Source: Octopus sinensis
Lineage: Eukaryota
Length of the DNA stretch: 64,000 nt
NCBI RefSeq assembly: GCF_006345805.1
Contig: NC_042998.1
Location: forward strand, 157,604,001-157,668,000
Direction: 5' to 3'
A program made the translations under genes and the position numbers. Below the pieces are notes generated by a model, which was given only the letters and a program-made list of their open reading frames with translations, searched no databases and had not been told where the DNA came from. Of the stretch, positions 26,291 to 38,074 are shown one piece after another. How positions within the stretch are numbered: the stretch's first letter is position 1; each line of letters opens with the position of its first letter.

Positions 26291-29162
26291 GAAAAGAAAG
26301 GAGTCATGGAGGAGTTGCTATGTACATCCGTGAGGACCTCACACCCCAGGTCCTTTTGTCATACTCAAACTCGGTGTGTGACACACTAATTGTACATGTA
26401 AGGCAACTTGGTGTAGTTGTGTGTGCTACATATCGCCCTTCAGATGCCCCAAGCCATATGGGTAAGATTGAAGACTGCCTTATAAAAATAGAAGAAATTC
26501 TAGTCACACTAGAACAGCACATAAGTGTACTTCTCATGGGAGACTTCAACTTACCCAATGTCAGATGGCCCGAGGGCCTTTCTCTCCCAGGAATGACACG
26601 AGGTGAACGGGGACAGGCGAGGTCCCTCCTGAACCTCATCAACACCCTGTACATGGAGCAAGTAATACTCCAACCAACCAGGGCAGGTAACACACTGGAC
26701 CTCTGCTTCACAAATAATATGGATCTCATCCATAATGTGAAAGTGACACCGACACTACTCTCGGATCACAACATGGTAGAGCTGACTATGTACGGGCCAA
26801 AGGAAAGCATGGACATACAGCCTACAAGAAGCTCTCAGAATCTTTCCAGCTTGAACTTCAATAAGGCAAACTGGAAACAAATTGAGAAAGAGATCCTCAA
26901 ACAAAACTGGCCTGAATGTCTCTCCTCGCCGGACATCGACATGAAACTTCAACAATTCATGTCTGTAATGCAAGCCATATGCTACAAATGTGTCTCAGAG
27001 AGAAAGGCCACTGTACACAAGAACAAAATCCCCAGGGAGAGGAAAACTTTAATGAGACGGCATACAAAAATTTCAAATCGCCTAAACAAACAAATTGAAA
27101 GCAGTGAAAAGTCCCGCCTGAAAATAAAACTGTTGGAAATAGAAAGATGTCTGCAACTCTCCCATGAAAAGGAAAGAGCAGACAAAGAAGCCTGGGCTAT
27201 AGACAACATAAAAACTAACCCCAGAGCTTTCTACAGGTATGCCAAAGAAACAGCTACGGTGCACTGTAGGATAGGGCCACTCCTTGAAATGGATGGCACA
27301 CTCACAGGAAAACCAATGAGGGTAAGTGAAATACTGAATGAGCAATTCAAGAGTATTTTCACTCCACCCCTTGGGCATTTCCAAATCAGCAATCCAACTG
27401 ACTTCTTTACCACTGCAGATATAAAATCAGAGGCGGCGACGATAAATTACATCGATATAAAGGAAGACGATGCAATAAAGGCTATAGATGAAATGAAAAC
27501 AGACTCAGCTATTGGCCCCGATGGATTCCCGGCAATCCTCCTAAAAGTATATAAGAGAGTCCTAGCAAGACCACTGCAGTTCCTCTTTCAGAGCTTCCTT
27601 GCAGCTGGCAAACTCCCAAGAAAACTGAAGGAAGGTAAAATATGCCCTATTCATAAAGGAGGTAGCAGAGCGGAGGCCAAGAACTACAGACCTATCTCTC
27701 TCACTTCACACATCAGCAAGGTCATGGGACGAATAGTCAGAAGGAAACTCATCACCTTCCTTGAAGAAAATGACTGGCTGCCTGACACCCAACATGGTTT
27801 CCGACCAGGAAGAAGCTGCTTAACTCAGCTCCTACAACACTATGACTGGGTGCTGAAACAACTGCTCAACCACTCAAATGTGGAAGTCATATATCTCGAC
27901 TTTGCAAAGGCCTTTGATAAAGTCGATCACGGAATGATATGTCACAAACTGCGTGATCTTGGCATAGTTGGAAAATTGGGAGAATGGCTTCATGACTTTC
28001 TGAAGAATAGAAGTCAGGTGGTAGCAGCCAATGGGGCCACTTCCATTAACACGCAAATAGTGAGCGGTGTTCCGCAGGGCACTGTTTTGGGACCACTACT
28101 GTTCATAATGGCCCTCTCAGACATGCCTTCAGCCACGCAGAGAGCCACGATCACAAGTTATGCAGACAATATTAAAGTTTCACAGGCAATACAGAACCCT
28201 GAAGACACTAAGCACCTGCAATGTGAGCTGGACGAAATATACAAGTGGGCTGAAAAGAATAGCATGCAGTTCAATGCTGAAAAGTTTCAAGCTTTATACT
28301 ATCAGCATGCAAAACTGAATGCAATACTCAATGAATACACTGGACCCGGAGGGATTGCAATCCCAGAGGCACAATCAGTGCGTGACCTGGGTATTCACAT
28401 GAGCGATGACGCGACCTTTCATGTACATGTTGCTAAACTGACAATGAAATGTAGACGGCTGGCTGGCTGGATTCTTAGAACCTTTAGAACAAGAGAACAA
28501 GAAACCATGATGGTCCTCTGGAAGACACTTTTCCTAAGCCACTTTGACTATTGCTCTCAGCTATAGTCACCATCCAGTGTCAAGTTGATCACAGAACTTG
28601 AGGCGATCCAACGAAGCTACACGAAGAAGATAGCCTCTGTGCAGCATATGAGCTACTGGGAAAGACTCAAGATATTAAAGCTCTATTCCCTGGAGCGTAG
28701 GCGAGAAAGATATGCCATAATATATATCTGGAAGATCCTGGAAGGACTTGTCCCAAACTTTGGCATCGAGAGTCACACAAATGCCAGAACCGGACGCCAC
28801 TGCGTAGTACCAAGGACTCCAAATTTGCCATCAAGATGTAGGACAAGATACTGTGACAGCCTGGGCTTCAGAGGCCCACAGCTCTTCAATATCCTCCCGA
28901 AGAACCTGAGGGACCTGCATGGTGTAGATGCGGATGTCTTTAAAGTAGGACTGGATCTCTTCCTGTCAGGTGTCCCGGATGAACCAACTTCACGGCAGGA
29001 GGTGCAGATGAGGGCAGCTGCATCGAACTCTCTCATGCATCAGATGGCGTTTGCTAAAAAGCATCCGTGAGGTAAAATCGTGTAGCAAACCAAATGGCGG
29101 TGCCCCAGCATGGCCACAGCTCATTAGCTGAAACTAGAAAAATCAAAATCAAAATCAAAATC
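26291..29162 (+). mobile_element. CR1/L2-group LINE, 5'-truncated, near-intact ORF2 plus 3' UTR with (AAAATC)n tail
   Basis: APE and RT domains in one frame; tail aaaatcaaaatcaaaatcaaaatc. Confidence 0.92.
26320..29070 (+). pseudogene. LINE ORF2 (AP endonuclease plus reverse transcriptase) with one premature stop
   Basis: YRP, GDFN, LDL, SDH; NYRPISL, QHGF, YLDFAKAFD, SGVPQG, YADN (expected YADD); TAG at 28564-28566 in YCSQL[W]; same frame resumes to LERRRERY. Confidence 0.9.
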
Positions 29163-29191
29163 ATTAAGTACTGGACATCACCAACGAGTGA

Positions 29192-29321
29192 AAAATACGT
29201 AAACACACGAGAGACAAGTACAGGACAAAATACCAAAAGTAGGTAACACACTTGTTAGTTGTCGACTGATTTACTACTTCCTATTTCGTGCTGTACTCAT
29301 CTCTCGTGTATGACGCATTTT
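29192..29321. repeat. Imperfect long hairpin (MITE-like)
   Basis: Arms of about 40 nt (29192-29232 and 29282-29321), roughly 80% complementary, including acacgagaga/tctctcgtgt and agtacag/ctgtact. Confidence 0.7.
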
Positions 29322-29793
29322 ATATTTTTGTGTAACATTTATGTGACGTTTCTTAAAATTGTTCTTAAACAGTTGCAGGTCGGAAACTAAAGAAATAAAT
29401 GTTTATAGAAGGAATTCCTGAGACAATACTCTGGGAAATAAGGATTGAATGTAAAAGGTTAATGCTAAGCCTGAGAACAATGCAAAATGAGTTGTGAGAA
29501 GAGGAGAAACCAATGGAAGAATATCGTTAATTGTACATAGTTGTCGACTTGGTTGTGCATGTGATGTAATTGTAAATGTTAGCAACGCAGTATCAGTATC
29601 TTTTGGATGACTTGTGTTGACGAGTTTTGAAACGTCACGTTGAAAATTCAGATACCGTCCTGATAGATAAGACTTTGTTTTTCGTACTTTCGGATAAAAT
29701 ACTTCACAATCAAATACTAGTATCAAAAGTAGCTACTAAGTTTTACTGCAGGACTTGTATATAAATAAGAAACTGTTATTAGTATTTTTATTA

Positions 29794-29958
29794 TGGCGGT
29801 GAGCTAGCAGAATCGTTAGATTGATGAAATGATGCTTTGCGGTAATTCTTCCGAATCTTTTCATCCTTGCGGAGTCAATAAAGTAAACAGCAGTTGAGCA
29901 CTGGGTCGATGTAGTCGACTTACTTCTCTCCCTAAAATGCTAACCTTGTGCCAAAATG
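29794..29958 (+). mobile_element. SINE family C, internally deleted
   Basis: ggcggtgagctagcagaatcgttag head; gagcactgggtcgatgtagtcgac; ccttgtgccaaaat tail. Confidence 0.75.
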
Positions 29959-30020
<62 letters not shown>

Positions 30021-30021
<1 letters not shown>

Positions 30022-30293
30022 GAGTGAGAGAGCAGTGCATGTCATCAAAATGACACTGGGGTAAAATATACGAAGCCTAGTATACCCATCATGACAACCT
30101 GTCTGATAAGGGTACACTAGGCACATGCATCACAACCATATGTGTGCGACCTGGTGATCATATATCAAGATAAACAGCACACGACCTTGCAGGTTGAGCT
30201 CAGAATTTCCTTCAGGTCGGGTAGCCCATCCCTCTCAAAAGGTCCCCGAATAAGGGTTGTTTAAGGATGTTGAACGAAACACCCATATTTCCA
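30021..30293 (-). mobile_element. Family T 3' half (duplicated at 30919-31191)
   Basis: tgagtgagagagcagtgcatg... is the reverse complement of the family T 3' end. Confidence 0.8.
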
Positions 30294-30296
30294 AGG

Positions 30297-30849
30297 GTTC
30301 GAAGGTTATAATGGACACAGTTTGTGTGTCAAATAGCTATCTTAAGGCGATGGCCTCATGGAGCTAATCAGCGACAGCTTTTAGTCTTATATCTATAAGA
30401 CTGCCATATTAATATGGCGATAACAATTAATTTCCAGTAACGCTGCCGTAATCACTTTTAGAGAGACATAGTAATTTTAATATTTCTATTATTGAAAACA
30501 AGTGGATGTATTCCACCGAAACTCGGTAAATAAAACCTTCGAACAGAGACGATCAGTGGCGACACCTGCTGGGTCGACTACGCTACATTGACAAAGGGCA
30601 AATACCCTGAAACGCGTCTGTATCTGTCTGACTAGCAGTGTGAAGCGGCTGACCTCCCTTGTTCGAAAGTTATAATGGACACAGTTTGTGTCTCAAATAG
30701 CTACCTTAAGGCGATGGCCTCATGGAGCTAATCAGCGACAGCTTTTAGTCTTATTTCTATAAGACAGCCATATTAATATGGCGATAACAATTAATTTCAG
30801 TAACGCTGCCGTAATCTCTTTTAGAGAGACTTAGTAATTTTAATATTTC

Positions 30850-30853
<4 letters not shown>
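30297..30853 (+). mobile_element. Retrozyme-like 364-nt monomer, about 1.5 tandem copies (duplicated at 31195-31751)
   Basis: gttcgaa(g/a)gttataatggacac recurs at 30297 and 30661; no ORF; many hairpins; contains an HHR. Confidence 0.7.
30562..30642 (+). ncRNA. Type I hammerhead ribozyme, U3:A8 variant with extended bulged helix I
   Basis: taca-TTGACAA(30588-30594)-aggg caaata ccct-GAAA(30609-30612)-CGCG-TC|tgta; distal helix ctgctgggtcgac/gtctgactagcag. Confidence 0.75.
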
Positions 30854-30919
<66 letters not shown>

Positions 30920-31459
30920 GAGTGAGAGAGCAGTGCATGTCATCAAAATGACACTGGGGTAAAATATACGAAGCCTAGTATACCCATCATGACAACCTGT
31001 CTGATAAGGGTACACTAGGCACATGCATCACAACCATATGTGTGCGACCTGGTGATCATATATCAAGATAAACAGCACACGACCTTGCAGGTTGAGCTCA
31101 GAATTTCCTTCAGGTCGGGTAGCCCATCCCTCTCAAAAGGTCCCCGAATAAGGGTTGTTTAAGGATGTTGAACGAAACACCCATATTTCCAAGGGTTCGA
31201 AGGTTATAATGGACACAGTTTGTGTGTCAAATAGCTATCTTAAGGCGATGGCCTCATGGAGCTAATCAGCGACAGCTTTTAGTCTTATATCTATAAGACT
31301 GCCATATTAATATGGCGATAACAATTAATTTCCAGTAACGCTGCCGTAATCACTTTTAGAGAGACATAGTAATTTTAATATTTCTATTATTGAAAACAAG
31401 TGGATGTATTCCACCGAAACTCGGTAAATAAAACCTTCGAACAGAGACGATCAGTGGCG

Positions 31460-31540
31460 ACACCTGCTGGGTCGACTACGCTACATTGACAAAGGGCAAA
31501 TACCCTGAAACGCGTCTGTATCTGTCTGACTAGCAGTGTG
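31460..31540 (+). ncRNA. Second copy of the U3:A8 hammerhead
   Basis: Identical to 30562-30642 (core at 31486-31492). Confidence 0.75.
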
Positions 31541-31747
31541 AAGCGGCTGACCTCCCTTGTTCGAAAGTTATAATGGACACAGTTTGTGTCTCAAATAGCT
31601 ATCTTAAGGCGATGGCCTCATGGAGCTAATCAGCGACAGCTTTTAGTCTTATTTCTATAAGACAGCCATATTAATATGGCGATAACAATTAATTTCAGTA
31701 ACGCTGCCGTAATCTCTTTTAGAGAGACTTAGTAATTTTAATATTTC

Positions 31748-31789
<42 letters not shown>

Positions 31790-33405
31790 TTTTTTTCTTC
31801 TTTCAAATTTGCTTCCATTTCTTGCCGAGTGTCTTCCCGACTCCTAGGGCAAAGAAACTCATTGGTAGGCCATTAAACCAAACTCAATAGTTCGTTCATT
31901 TTTTTTTTTTGTTTTAGTTAAATTAAGATACATGAGCAGCAACAGTTCTCACATCGACAATGCTCTTCTCAATACGTGTGATGTACCAGTTAAGACAATC
32001 TTTTGCACTTCTTGCAGGGATGGTAAGCCAGGGATCATTCTCATATAATTTTCGGTTCCCTTCTTGATCATTCCTAGTGCTCCTACGATCACTGGTATTG
32101 TAACCGCATTGAGATGCCACATTTTCTCAATTTCAATGAGTAGGTCTTTATATTTTCTGAGCTTGTCAAACTCTTTCGCCGAGATATTATGATCACAGGG
32201 GATGCTCATGTCGATCAATAAGCAAACTTTATTGTTTTGGTCTTTCACAACAATATCTGGTTTATTGGCCTTGATGGTTCGGTCTGTATGTACTGGAAAG
32301 TCCCACAGAATGTTTACATTTTCTCCTTCAGTTACAGCCTCAGGGTGGTGATTATACCACTTGTCGGCAGTTTTGTTATTGTAATGCCGACTTATTAGCC
32401 AGTGTAGATATTGGCCAACTCTGTCATGTCTTAATTTATACTCCACTGGTGCTAAGACTTTAAATCCAGAGATTAGGTGGTCCACTGTTTCAATCATGTC
32501 GTTGCAGAATCGGCATTTTGGGTCTGCTCCATTTTTCATTACATTGGCCTGGTAGTTCCGGGTTAATAGGCTTTGATCTTGAGCAGCCAGGATGAAACCT
32601 TCGCTCTCTGTTTTTAGCCCTGAGCTCCGTAGCCACTGATGGGTTTGCTTCTGGTCAACATCAGCTTGTTTGCTGCGGGTCACATATTTGCCGTGCATAA
32701 GTTTCTCCTCCCACCTATCAGCCAATTGCTCGTGCGCTTTTTTCGTTGCCATCATTTTCACCTTCTTTGCAACAATAGTTGCCGTACTTCCCTCGGGTTT
32801 TTCAGTTTGGGTATCCTGCACGAGATCAATAGCAAATTTTTTGCTTTCCTTTATGATAGAATGAAACTTCTTTCGTCTCTCGTGATTTTCCACGAGCTTT
32901 AGCATCCAGTCATTCGATATTTCGAGATATTTGGCCAGTCCAATTGTGATTGTTTTGTAAGCTAGTTCAAATTGGATCAGGCCTCGGCCTCCTTGGGCTC
33001 TGGGAAGGTAAAGGCGATCTACGTCTGCCTTTGGGTGGTGCATCCTATTACAACTCAGCAGCTTGCGTATTTTCCTATCTATGTTCTTTACTTCACTCAT
33101 ATTCCAGTTCAACACATTGTAGCTATAAGTAACAACTGGAACTGCTAAGGAATTTATAGCTAACACCTTGTTACGTGCATTTAGTTCAGATTTCAGGACT
33201 GCACGAACTCTCCTATAACATTCCTTCCTGATCTTCTCTTTCATGCTTGCATGCTGAATACCAGAGCCTTCATTTATCCCTAAATATTTGTATGTTTGTT
33301 CTTGTTCAAGCTCTCTTATGACTGTGTCAACATGTAACACGACTGAATTTGTGGTCTTCACTTTCCCTTTCTGGAAAGTGGCCTTGGCACACTTCTCAAG
33401 TCCAA
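31790..33405 (-). mobile_element. Dong/R4-type LINE, 5'-truncated, open 470-aa C-terminal ORF (RT thumb, zinc knuckle, REL endonuclease)
   Basis: GLEKCAK, YKYLG, RLYLPRAQGGRGL, CRFC..ETVDHLISG, RHD, KPDIVV..LIDMSIP..KYKDL; (TTA)n on both flanks. Confidence 0.95.
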
Positions 33406-33412
33406 TTATTAA

Positions 33413-33472
<60 letters not shown>

Positions 33473-33475
33473 TAC

Positions 33476-33524
<49 letters not shown>

Positions 33525-34045
33525 TATGGTTTCCTTTCATTATGACTTTACTTCAGCTGACTTAGTACCGTGCATCGTCCGGAGGTCATGCGTAGCAAGG
33601 GTACTTTGTTTTGTTATGTATACTAACATTATTACCACATTTACTCCATTTTAGATAGAGAGTGCTTTCCGTAGTGTACGGGCTGTATCCATCAAGGTTA
33701 TCTTTTGTAGTTCACGGAGATTGGAGTTACCAGGGAGCTACTTAAAATACTTCTCAGCTCTCTTCTTTATCATTCCCAACGCACCAATTACTACTGGTAG
33801 TAATTGGTGTACTAAGCTTCCACATTTTTGTAATTTCAATTTGAGGTCTTTATTGTAAGAAAGTTTTTCGTATTCCTTTCTTGAGACATTTTGATCTTGT
33901 GGGACAGACATATCTATTAACAAAGAAGTTCCTTTGTTGTAGTCCTTGATCACAATATCTCCTGACGTTCTTGTCATTTACTGCATCCTCTGGATGGTGC
34001 CTGTACCACTTATCATTGGATTCAATTTTGTATTATTTACAAGCT
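33525..34045 (-). mobile_element. Dong/R4-type LINE 3' fragment
   Basis: DIVIKDYNKGTSLLIDMSVPQD..PVVIGALGMI; ends at (TTA)n. Confidence 0.8.
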
Positions 34046-34073
34046 TGTAAATAATACATAATGTAAATTTACA

Positions 34074-34981
34074 GTGGATAAGTAATAAAAAATGTAACAA
34101 TAAAAACATTTACAATAACGGGGTACCCGAGTAGATTTAGTCAGATATGGAGTGAAAGTACCATAACGTCTTGAAGTAATCATAATAGATCTTAATAATT
34201 ATGTTTACAGTCCTAATTAATAGTTTCTATCATAATAAACTGCCCGAAAATTAAATTATTTACATACTATTATGTGGTAAAGTCAAACCACCTATTGTCC
34301 GTAATAGGATTGATTGACCAAGGCCCAGCGTTCGATATAATTAGTAAGTTAAATTTAAAAACAAAGGGCAAGCTATTAAGACCGTTATACGGGTTGGTAT
34401 AAATAAGTATATAAAAGTATGGAAAAGTGGTATATGTTGTAAGGGGCCTCAAATCGCTTAAGAGATTGTATATATAGAAAAAACAAATATGTAAGCAAGT
34501 ATAAAGCGAAGGAATGAACAATGCCAGCAATATCATCAAAACAGAGGTATCTATTTGGACAATTATGAATTAAGACGGTTGGAGGTTGAGAATGGTCCAA
34601 AAGCTTTATAAATAGGAGTGTAACATTATTAGACAATGAAGAGAATTTATTCCGTAGGAAAAGAATTAGGGGTGGTGATAAAGATGATAATTACAGTTAA
34701 CGGGAAGTAATGACTATGGAAGAGATCTAAATTGGGAGATTATAATACAAAGTCTAACTTCTGAACTAACATCCACAGTAACTAAGCAGTGAGCTGACTA
34801 GACAATCACACAGTTGATTGGCTAAACATTCCCTAATTCATTCAGCCTAGTGGTCATATGAATAAGTATAAGTACAAATCCCTAAATTAATTAAATGATT
34901 ACAAATTAATTACTTGCTAATTATTATCATTGTTACAGATGCAGGCTCATACTACACTCTACTCAATCATACTTAATATAC

Positions 34982-35044
<63 letters not shown>

Positions 35045-36730
35045 CATTATTATTATATCAACCCATGCGTGGGTGAATACATATGAGAACTTTCACAGTT
35101 TTACTTCCATGCATGTGTTAATACACCTAACAATAATAATAATTCATAGAAAAGCGCTAAATGTAATACAAAGTACAAGCAAATGCAAATTAAGAGGTGT
35201 GAAATTGAAATTAAAGTGTTAAATAAATACTGTTATATGTGTGGGAGTGAGGGCTTTTGAAATGAGTACATCTAAAAGGGGGTCTTCAATAAATGGAAAT
35301 AGTCCCATGCTGACTGAAATTAGGTCCAGAATGAAATTAAGTTAAGTGAAACAAGCCATCAAGTAGCATAGAAAGGTAATGTTAGTTGCAAATAAAGCCA
35401 GAATAATTCATTGTTAAGGTGGCAGGTCAAGGTTCCATTTAGGGTGAGGTGGAGTAATGGTAGGGGAATGGATATTTGTGCACTCTATAGTCTAAATTAA
35501 GTTAAGCATTAAGAGAACTGGTATTTTATGATTAAAGTGTGTGTGTGTGGGGGAGAAGATTATATTAAGGGGTAGTAAACTGATATATAGTTTAGTTATT
35601 ATGTGTGGGAGGGGAAATTTTAAACTCGGATAGGTTTAGTGTAGTAATTTTAATGCTGGATTACCGATAACAGGCCTAGCTTTAATTGGAAAGTAATATA
35701 TGTCATCATTTAGAATCGAACTTTGCGATGTGTTTGGTGACGAGCACTGGGTGCTATTAGTGGGGATGATACAAAACTATTTACATCTGGAAAAGATATA
35801 TTTACCTTTGTGCAAGCAAGCTAATTTCTCTCTTCCTTCAAGTTAAGTAACAGGAGTCGGGCCTCTAATATGAAAAACTTTTCATTGATGCACAAATGGC
35901 ATTTCTTATTTTTTACATTGTACGAAGGTGCGGAAGCGAGGAATCTAATATCTTTATCTTTAAGCTCCCAATTATATTTACTTATTCCGGTCGAGTTAAC
36001 CTTATTCCTATTTCTGAAAGTGTGTTGGTGTGCGGCTAATCTTCGTTTCATTTCATTATTGGTAGCTCCTATATGTATTCGTTTACTAACCTGTGTTGTG
36101 ACTGTGCACTGGTAAATTACATATTTTCTTTTAGAAGTATTTTCAAGGGTGCAATTATCTTTATTTCTGAAGTTACATAGGTTGTGCTGTTGGGGAGAAT
36201 TTCTTACTGCTGTGTTGGTGTGATGTGTATTATGATTAATAGGGTTATTATGGTTCTTGGTACTATCATTAGTAGGTTTGGGGTGGTTATGGGGTTGTTT
36301 TTTTAATTCTCACTATTGCTATTATTCTTGTTGTTATTATTGTTACTTCTTTCTAAATAAAAAAAAATTAGTTATTTTTTATTATTTAGGGAGGAAATGA
36401 TACTAGCTAGGTTGTGTGTAAGACTATAACCTATCGTTATTATTTTACTATTAATAATTTTCGAATACTCGATATTCTTATCAAAGTGATTATTTATGAT
36501 TTTAGATATAGATTTAGCTAAATTCGTTTTAATTTGTTTAGCATACGGGAGTATAAGCCAATTAGTATTTTCCGTTTTTACAGTAATTTTACCATACAGC
36601 ACAATTTTATTGCTGTTCGAGTGATGAATGCTATGTTTACGCGTATTTGTATTAAACATCTTATCTATGCTATACGCGTTAGACCTGCCGCCGGTGGTAC
36701 TACCGCTAGGTTTCTGCTCATTATGTTTTA
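34074..36730 (-). mobile_element. Penelope-like element (Naiad-like) 3' portion: GIY-YIG plus long 3' UTR
   Basis: YSLTHNLASIISSLNNKK..CNFRNKDNCTL..VIYQC..HIG..KRRLAAH..NSTGISKY.WELK..CHLCINEK..LN. Confidence 0.75.
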
Positions 36731-36796
36731 AGTTATTATTGTTGTCATCATGATTACTGATAAATTTGGCATCCTTCATGCTTCGCCCCGTTATCA

Positions 36797-37480
36797 TTTT
36801 TATATAGAATCTTTGAAGCGTTTTTGGGCCCCTTACAGCATATACCACTTTTCAGTACTTTTATTTATTTATTTATACCAACCCGTATAACGGTCTTAAT
36901 AGCTTGCCCTTTGCTTTTAAATTTAACTGAACAATTATGTCGAACACTGGACCTTGGTCAATCCTATTATGGACAATAGGTGGTTTGACTTTACCACATA
37001 TTAGTAAGTAAATAATTTAATTGTCGGGCACTTTAATATGATAAAAACTAAGAATTAGTTCTATAAACATAATTATTAAGAAGTATTATGATTACTTCTA
37101 GACGTTATGGTAGTTTCTATCCCTCTTTCACTAAATCTATTGGCGTATCCCGATATTGTAAATTTTTTTTGTTACTTTTTTTATTACTTATCCACCTTAT
37201 CACTCCCAAAGAAAAATTTAAACCAAAAATTACTATTTTAAATTTAGTCATTTACACAACGTCCCGAAGCAGCACATAAGCAAAATGGTATGATTTAAAC
37301 ATATTCAGGCTTTCTTTTACCTCGGTTCTTCTTTTCTTTTCTGTTATATATGTATTTTCCTTTACTCTGATAATGCTCTATGTTCAAGGTCGGTTTTATT
37401 AGCAAATAGGATGAATATCATTTTTAGAATATTAATGACAATACCATATAACATTGGAAGCAGAAACAGCTGTTAGATGG
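36797..37480 (+). repeat. Inverted copy of the PLE 3' UTR/pLTR ending in a decayed hammerhead
   Basis: 36797-37195 is a diverged reverse complement of 34074-34478; CTGATAA(37367-37373)-tgct..agca-GAAA-CAGCTG-TT(37474). Confidence 0.7.
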
Positions 37481-37825
37481 GATGCAGTCTATTTGTATTG
37501 AATTAAATTTGATTCCTGATCAGCTCATGCTGATTCTTTGTCATTCCCTGTAATCTAAAAGCATAATATGCTTGTGTATGTATGACTAGGTTTAACATAG
37601 GTATCATACCGGTAGTATAACGGATACCTTTGTCCCTTAGACGGTTATCCAAGCTCTACTAATCATATATATATATATATATATATCACTTTTTTATAGG
37701 TTTTGCCGTAGCTTAGTATTAGTAATTGTGCAAATTGTATATATTGGCAGTTGTTTACCTCCTAAAGTCACAAAGTTTTTAAAGATGATCGTTTATGTGT
37801 ACGGCTAGAGAAAATTGTGGATATC

Positions 37826-38043
37826 TCTTTACTCTTTACTCTTTTACTTGTTTCAGTCATTTGACTGCGGCCATGCTGGAGCACCACCTTTAGTCGAGCA
37901 AATCGACCCCGGGACTTATTCTTTGTAAGCCCAGTACTTATTCTATCGGTCTCTTTTGCCGAACCGCTAAGTGACGGCGACGTAAACACACCAGCATCGG
38001 TTGTCAAACAATGCTGGAGGGACAAACACAGACACACAAACAT

Positions 38044-38074
<31 letters not shown>

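Larger units (their letters stand above)
29960..31790. repeat. Near-identical 898-bp tandem duplication bounded by (TAT)n tracts
   Basis: 30021 onward equals 30919 onward at offset 898; only one substitution noticed. Confidence 0.9.

Noticed and set aside
29612-29642. ttgacgagttttgaaacgtc HHR-like string
   Set aside because: No helix II between the core segments.
30297-31751. CRISPR-like repeat array
   Set aside because: Eukaryotic context, long repeat units, no unique spacers and no cas genes.
35780-36200. Selenocysteine (in-frame UGA) coding, as reported for some Naiad PLEs
   Set aside because: Reading the linker and GIY-YIG region codon by codon shows no in-frame TGA at Cys positions.
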